A stretch of 64,000 nt of DNA from Dehalococcoidia bacterium (GTDB lineage: Bacteria > Chloroflexota > Dehalococcoidia > Plut-88900): NCBI GenBank assembly GCA_965197645.1, contig OZ240219.1:2048001-2112000 (forward strand), written 5' to 3'. The position numbers were made by a program, and so were the translations under genes. Below, piece by piece: positions 59,376-64,000 of the stretch (within the stretch, counting starts at the first letter, position 1; each line of letters opens with the position of its first letter). The notes below the pieces were generated by a model. That model was not told where the DNA came from. It was given only the letters and a program-made list of their open reading frames with translations, and made no database searches.

Positions 59376-60398
59376 CTATCTGCCAATCGCCGTTCCCAGC
59401 ATCTCGACGGCTTTCAACGGTTCGAGGTCCCAGTCGGCGAGAGACAACAACCAGTTTTCCAAGCCCTGGGCGCGGAGCTCCTCAAGCCGGTCGCCGATAT
59501 CGTTCGGGGTACCCCAGAGCCGGGCCGAGCGGGCCGCGAGCCAGTCATAAAGCCCAAGTTTCTTCGCCCGCTCTACGAGGACCCGGTTACGGTCGGGGTC
59601 CTTGAGATACGTTTCCAGGTCGAAGGTGTCGTCGTGAAGCTGGTGCAGCAGCGGCTTGTACTCTTCGGGGATGCGCTTACCCTCGGTGCCGCCCATGATC
59701 AGCCAGTGGCTCCCCGATCCCACACCGACTTCCATTGCCGTCTCCACATCCGGGCCGAAGGTGAACTCGCTGTACCACCACACCTCGACCTCGTTTGGGT
59801 TGCGCCCGGTCTCGGCACAGCCCTCGGAGATCACTGAACGCACGTAGGCGATGTCCTCCGGGGAGTAGCCCATCGATACTATCACTCCATCGGCAACCTG
59901 AGCGGCCATCTTGAGCACCCTCGGGCCGGAGCAAGCCACGTAGACCGGAGGAGCCATGTTCGGATCGATGTCATCCCACTGGGCCTTGAAGGTGTGCCCT
60001 TGCCAGGTTGCCTCTTCACCTCTCATGAGCGCTTTGATCGCCACGATGTACTCGCGCAGGAAGGCAAGCTTCGCCGGCCGAAGTCCCACTCCCCACAGCG
60101 CGCTGTCCCCGGTGGCTATGCCGATGGCCACGCGCTGCGGCGCCATCTGCGACAAGGATAGTGCGGAGGAAGCGGTGATAGAGGGATGACGGGTGACCGG
60201 ATTGGTGACGCCGGTGACCACGCTGAGCCGGGAAGTGGCGAACAAACTGGCCCCACAGGCGAGATACACTTCCGGCGAGACCAACGGCGAGTCGCCAAAG
60301 GCGATGGAGTGCAGGCCGACTTGCTCGCATGCCATGGCGAGGTCGGGGACATCCTTGAGCGGAGGAGACATTATGTTGAAGCTGATCTTCGTAGCCAT
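59376..60398 (-). CDS. LLM-class oxidoreductase (Mer-like, probably F420-dependent)
   Basis: GDS, VTNPVTRHP, GIATGDSA, ACSGP. Confidence 0.9.
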   Translation of the reverse strand: MATKISFNIMSPPLKDVPDLAMACEQVGLHSIAFGDSPLVSPEVYLACGASLFATSRLSVVTGVTNPVTRHPSITASSALSLSQMAPQRVAIGIATGDSALWGVGLRPAKLAFLREYIVAIKALMRGEEATWQGHTFKAQWDDIDPNMAPPVYVACSGPRVLKMAAQVADGVIVSMGYSPEDIAYVRSVISEGCAETGRNPNEVEVWWYSEFTFGPDVETAMEVGVGSGSHWLIMGGTEGKRIPEEYKPLLHQLHDDTFDLETYLKDPDRNRVLVERAKKLGLYDWLAARSARLWGTPNDIGDRLEELRAQGLENWLLSLADWDLEPLKAVEMLGTAIGR

Positions 60399-60483
60399 GT
60401 CCACTCCTCGGTAATCTATTCAGCGTCGTGCTGTGAGCACTTCCGTCCAGTCCTCGCAACGGGCCACCGCAATCGGGAGCTCA

Positions 60484-61608
60484 CTATATGCTGTACAGCT
60501 TGGCGCAGTTCCCGCCGGCGATCTTGGCCTTCTCCTCCTCGGTACAGCCCACCAGGATCTCCTCGAGGATCTGCTGGCTCCTGGGGAAGGTGGACTCGGG
60601 GTGAGGATAGTCCGATCCCCACATAAGGGTATCGATGCCTATCAGGTCCCGCAGGCGTATGCCGATGTCATCCTCCTGGAACCCGAGGAAGCAGTTGCGA
60701 TGGAAATAGTCGCTGGGCGTCATGTCCTCCTGGAACCTGTACCCGACAGTAGTGCCGGGCACCTGGGTGTAGGTGTAGTCCATCCGGTTCAGGAAGTAGG
60801 GCACCCAGGACGTTTCATACTCGATGGACCCCACCCGCAGTTTCGGGTAGCGTTCGAACACACCGCCAAAGATCATGTTGGCCAGCGACATGCGGACCGC
60901 GTGTTCCCCCAGGGCTGAAGAGGCCGCCGCCCCGGCGGCCTCCAGGTCAACGGAACCTCTTTCCTCGGTGTATCGATTGGTGACCGTGTGGAGGCTCAGA
61001 GGCGTACCCAGGTCCTGGGCCGCGGCCCAGAGCGGTTCGTACTCCATCGAATCGTAGGTCCTGTCCTCGGGGGGTTCGATGGTGATCATGGCCCCGGCGA
61101 GACCCAGCTTCGCCGACCTCTCCAGCTCTTTCACCCCTTCGTCGACGTCGTCCAGGTTGATCATGGCGATGCCTTTGGTCCGTTCGGGGAACGGCCGGCA
61201 GAACTCGGCCAGCCAGTCGTTGTAAGCTCTGAAGACGGCCGATACCAGGTCGCCGTCGGGCACACCGTAGAACAGCAGGCCGGCGGTGGGATAGAGGAAG
61301 TCCGTGTCCACCCCATCGATATCCAGGTCCTTGACGTGGTCTTCGGGTATGTAACCTCCGGGGCGCACGTCGTCCAAAGCGCCGGCGAAGAGCAGATTAT
61401 CCGGGTCGGTGAATCTCTGGCCCGCTCCGCTCCCCGACCCGCCGCTCACGGCCTTCACGCCCTCGCAGACCCACCAATCGCTTCCGTCCTCATCTCGATG
61501 GACGATCCGCGGCGCCCTATCCTTGAACTTCGGGTCTATCCTGGTGGTCCACAAGTCCTCAGGCTCGAACACGTGGGAGTCAGACGATATCACTCTGTAG
61601 CTGGCCAT
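60484..61608 (-). CDS. Amidohydrolase family 2 protein
   Basis: ISSDSH, AYNDWL, LSLH, GVFERYP, WGSDYPH. Confidence 0.93.
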   Translation of the reverse strand: MASYRVISSDSHVFEPEDLWTTRIDPKFKDRAPRIVHRDEDGSDWWVCEGVKAVSGGSGSGAGQRFTDPDNLLFAGALDDVRPGGYIPEDHVKDLDIDGVDTDFLYPTAGLLFYGVPDGDLVSAVFRAYNDWLAEFCRPFPERTKGIAMINLDDVDEGVKELERSAKLGLAGAMITIEPPEDRTYDSMEYEPLWAAAQDLGTPLSLHTVTNRYTEERGSVDLEAAGAAASSALGEHAVRMSLANMIFGGVFERYPKLRVGSIEYETSWVPYFLNRMDYTYTQVPGTTVGYRFQEDMTPSDYFHRNCFLGFQEDDIGIRLRDLIGIDTLMWGSDYPHPESTFPRSQQILEEILVGCTEEEKAKIAGGNCAKLYSI

Positions 61609-61754
61609 GGCCGTCCTCCGTTTGCCTGGTGTATCCGCCACTGCTCAAAAGGTATTATATTGACATTCGACACGTTTTGCTTAGAGTGTCGAATAGACCG
61701 GCTTCAGAATACCCTCGACGAGCTGCTTAGCAGACTGAATGACAGGTGATTAGC

Positions 61755-63359
61755 ATGACCCAGCTCAACTTCCAGAACCGCACCCTCTACCACGGAGACA
61801 ATCTGGTCTTCTTACGCGGCATGAACTCCGGTACGGTCCATCTCATCGCTACCGATCCTCCCTTCAACAAGTCAAGGGACTTCCACGCCACGCCCGATAG
61901 CCTGGCAGCTGGAGCGCAATTCCAGGACCGCTGGTCGTGGAAGAACGACCTCCACGACGACTGGCTCATCCAAATCCAGCGGTACCACCCCGAGGTGTGG
62001 CACGCCATCAATGCCGCCAAAAACGTCCACGGTGACGGTATGGGGGCCTTCCTGTGCTGGCTCGGCGTTCGACTCCTGGAGATGCGCCGCGTCCTGCGGG
62101 ACGACGGGAGCATCTATGTGCACATCGACGACACTGCCAACCACTATGTGAAGGCCCTCATGGATGCGGTGTTCGGGGCAGACAACTACTGCAATCAAAT
62201 CGCCTGGAGGCGCGCAACTTCCCATAACGACCCAGCTAACTATGGACGCATTGTAGAGTACCTTCTGTATTATAAGAACGGAACTGCACCGACGTGGAAC
62301 GGGTTCTCAATCGCTGATATGAAGACGCCGGAGGCTCTCAAGAAAGCATATTCCTCAAAAGACAGCCGGGGCAGTTTCAGGTCGGATAACTTGACTGGCC
62401 CATTACACAACTCCAAGGAAGGCAGCGAGAGTACTCTTCCCTGGCATGGGTATGACGTTTACGCGATGGGCCGGTGTTGGTCAGCCCCTAAGACCGGTAA
62501 ATATGCAGAATATATTGAGGAGCAATTTGTACCGGGATACCGATCCATAGAGGGCGTTCATGCGCGCCTTGACGCTCTTAATGAGGCTGGGCTGATTCAC
62601 CACCCGACCAGAGGGAAATGGCCGGGCCTCAAGAGATACGCTGCAGCTGATGAAGGCACTCCTCCCCAGAATCTTGTACTCAAACCTACTGGGTTCACGA
62701 ACTACAACGTGAAAGGTGGTGAGTATGTTGGCTATCCCACGCAAAAACGGCTCGCGCTCTATGAACGCATCATATCAGCGAGCAGTAACCCTGGCGATAT
62801 CGTACTCGACCCTTTCTGCGGCTGCGCTACCACTCCTGTAGCCGCCGAGAAGCTTGGACGCCAATGGGTAGGCATGGACATATGGGATGGGGCGCATAAG
62901 GTAGTATTGGAGCGCATGGAGGACAACCGCCAGTTGCTAGCCGACCGCAACGCGCAGGTCCACTACACGACGACCCCTCCGGTCCGCACCGACACCGGAG
63001 AAGAAGCTGTGCTCTACCTGCGTACTCCGCCCGGGAAAGCACCGAGATACCCGGCTCCCAGGACTCAACACGCCACCCTGCTGGTCGATATCGGTGCCTT
63101 CTGCCAGGGCTGTGGCCGGGACTACAACTTTGATCCGAGGGTGCTAGAAGTAGACCACATAAGGCCTAAGTCCGACGGAGGCACGGACGCTTACGACAAC
63201 CTCACCCTGCTGTGCCCGCCCTGTAACAAGGAGAAGCGTGATAGGATGACGCTGACGGGACTACAGGACTTCAACCGTAGGCATGGTCACCTGCCCCAGG
63301 AACGCGAGCAAAACATCCGGCACGGGCGGACTGGTAAGAGCCGCCGAAAGCGGAAATAG
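61755..63359 (+). CDS. Beta-class N4/N6 DNA methyltransferase fused to a C-terminal HNH endonuclease
   Basis: GDNL, TDPPF, YPTQK, DPFCGCATT; CQGC...VDHIRPKSDGG...NL..LC..CN. Confidence 0.92.
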   Translation: MTQLNFQNRTLYHGDNLVFLRGMNSGTVHLIATDPPFNKSRDFHATPDSLAAGAQFQDRWSWKNDLHDDWLIQIQRYHPEVWHAINAAKNVHGDGMGAFLCWLGVRLLEMRRVLRDDGSIYVHIDDTANHYVKALMDAVFGADNYCNQIAWRRATSHNDPANYGRIVEYLLYYKNGTAPTWNGFSIADMKTPEALKKAYSSKDSRGSFRSDNLTGPLHNSKEGSESTLPWHGYDVYAMGRCWSAPKTGKYAEYIEEQFVPGYRSIEGVHARLDALNEAGLIHHPTRGKWPGLKRYAAADEGTPPQNLVLKPTGFTNYNVKGGEYVGYPTQKRLALYERIISASSNPGDIVLDPFCGCATTPVAAEKLGRQWVGMDIWDGAHKVVLERMEDNRQLLADRNAQVHYTTTPPVRTDTGEEAVLYLRTPPGKAPRYPAPRTQHATLLVDIGAFCQGCGRDYNFDPRVLEVDHIRPKSDGGTDAYDNLTLLCPPCNKEKRDRMTLTGLQDFNRRHGHLPQEREQNIRHGRTGKSRRKRK

Positions 63360-63372
63360 GAAGGAGAAGAAG

Positions 63373-63600
63373 ATGGCAGAAGATACAGACCAAGTTCTTC
63401 ACAGAATCGATGGCGTCAGTCGTAGTGGGCAGGCCTTCGTGGCGCTGGAGTCGCTTGGATCCGAACTGTGGTTCACAGTAGGATATCCAGACGATCTGAA
63501 GCACACCATCACCATACCGATCCCAAGCGAGAAGACCCGCTTGTTGGCTGACGGTCTCGAGAGCATATCCAAGATACTGCGCATGAACGATGAAGAGTGA
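63373..63600 (+). CDS. Hypothetical protein (75 aa)
   Basis: Strong AAGGAG RBS before ATG. Confidence 0.6.
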   Translation: MAEDTDQVLHRIDGVSRSGQAFVALESLGSELWFTVGYPDDLKHTITIPIPSEKTRLLADGLESISKILRMNDEE

Positions 63601-63623
63601 GTGATGGCCGAAAGGAGAAGAAG

Positions 63624-63920
63624 ATGGCTGACCGAGCTATCGAAGTGGATGAAGACATAGTCACGATCACCGTGACAACTACTGATGGGAGCAAAGCAGA
63701 GCATCGCTATGCTGTGGCTGATGACGCCATAGCAGACGGTTGGTGGGATGATCTCTATACCAGCATCGACCTCGCATTAAAAGGAGTCAACCCAACCCTA
63801 GAGCTTCACTACCCTATCGCCTTCTACAAAAGCGAGCATATTGTCAGCGTGACGCTACCGCGGACTCTGAGAGGCAAGAACCCACCGTCGTTAGGATTCA
63901 AAGGCACCAAGAACGATTAA
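63624..63920 (+). CDS. Hypothetical protein (98 aa)
   Basis: Same 17-bp RBS/start as the previous gene. Confidence 0.6.
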   Translation: MADRAIEVDEDIVTITVTTTDGSKAEHRYAVADDAIADGWWDDLYTSIDLALKGVNPTLELHYPIAFYKSEHIVSVTLPRTLRGKNPPSLGFKGTKND

Positions 63921-64000
63921 AAGGCTCCATCCGCCACCGCAACCCTGCTCCCGGCTAGCTGTTGAGGAAACCGAGGGTAGCCTCGAGGAACTGCGCCGGT

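Overview
GC-rich bacterial DNA. The gene content (four intact luciferase-like monooxygenases plus a decayed one, two amidohydrolases, tandem CoA-transferases, hydantoinase A/B, a DUF1501/DUF1800/NHL cluster) best fits Chloroflexota/Dehalococcoidia of the SAR202 type. The eukaryote-like repeat proteins suggest a host-associated strain, perhaps from a sponge. Both points are inference. The left ~20 kb is accessory. It opens with a lipoprotein missed by the ORF track (14 RCC1-like repeats plus at least 9 ankyrin repeats, running off the window edge), an orphan solute-binding protein and several pseudogenes. Then comes a 13-kb five-gene operon built around a 2593-aa doubly membrane-anchored protein with three transglutaminase-like domains, HEAT repeats and Ig-like repeats, plus a MoxR AAA+ ATPase, a DUF58 protein and two membrane proteins. 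Two degenerate ~75-bp direct repeats ending in a tRNA-Ser 3' end bracket the operon, which points to tandem site-specific islands. The rest is mostly catabolic or housekeeping genes with one tRNA-Gly(TCC). Other points of interest are an NCS2 permease fused to an RsbW-like domain, a DEAD-box helicase that appears to need a non-canonical ATC start, a structured intergenic repeat/MITE family and a methyltransferase-HNH fusion. No CRISPR array, rRNA or intact integrase/transposase was seen. All calls come from manual motif reading, without database searches.
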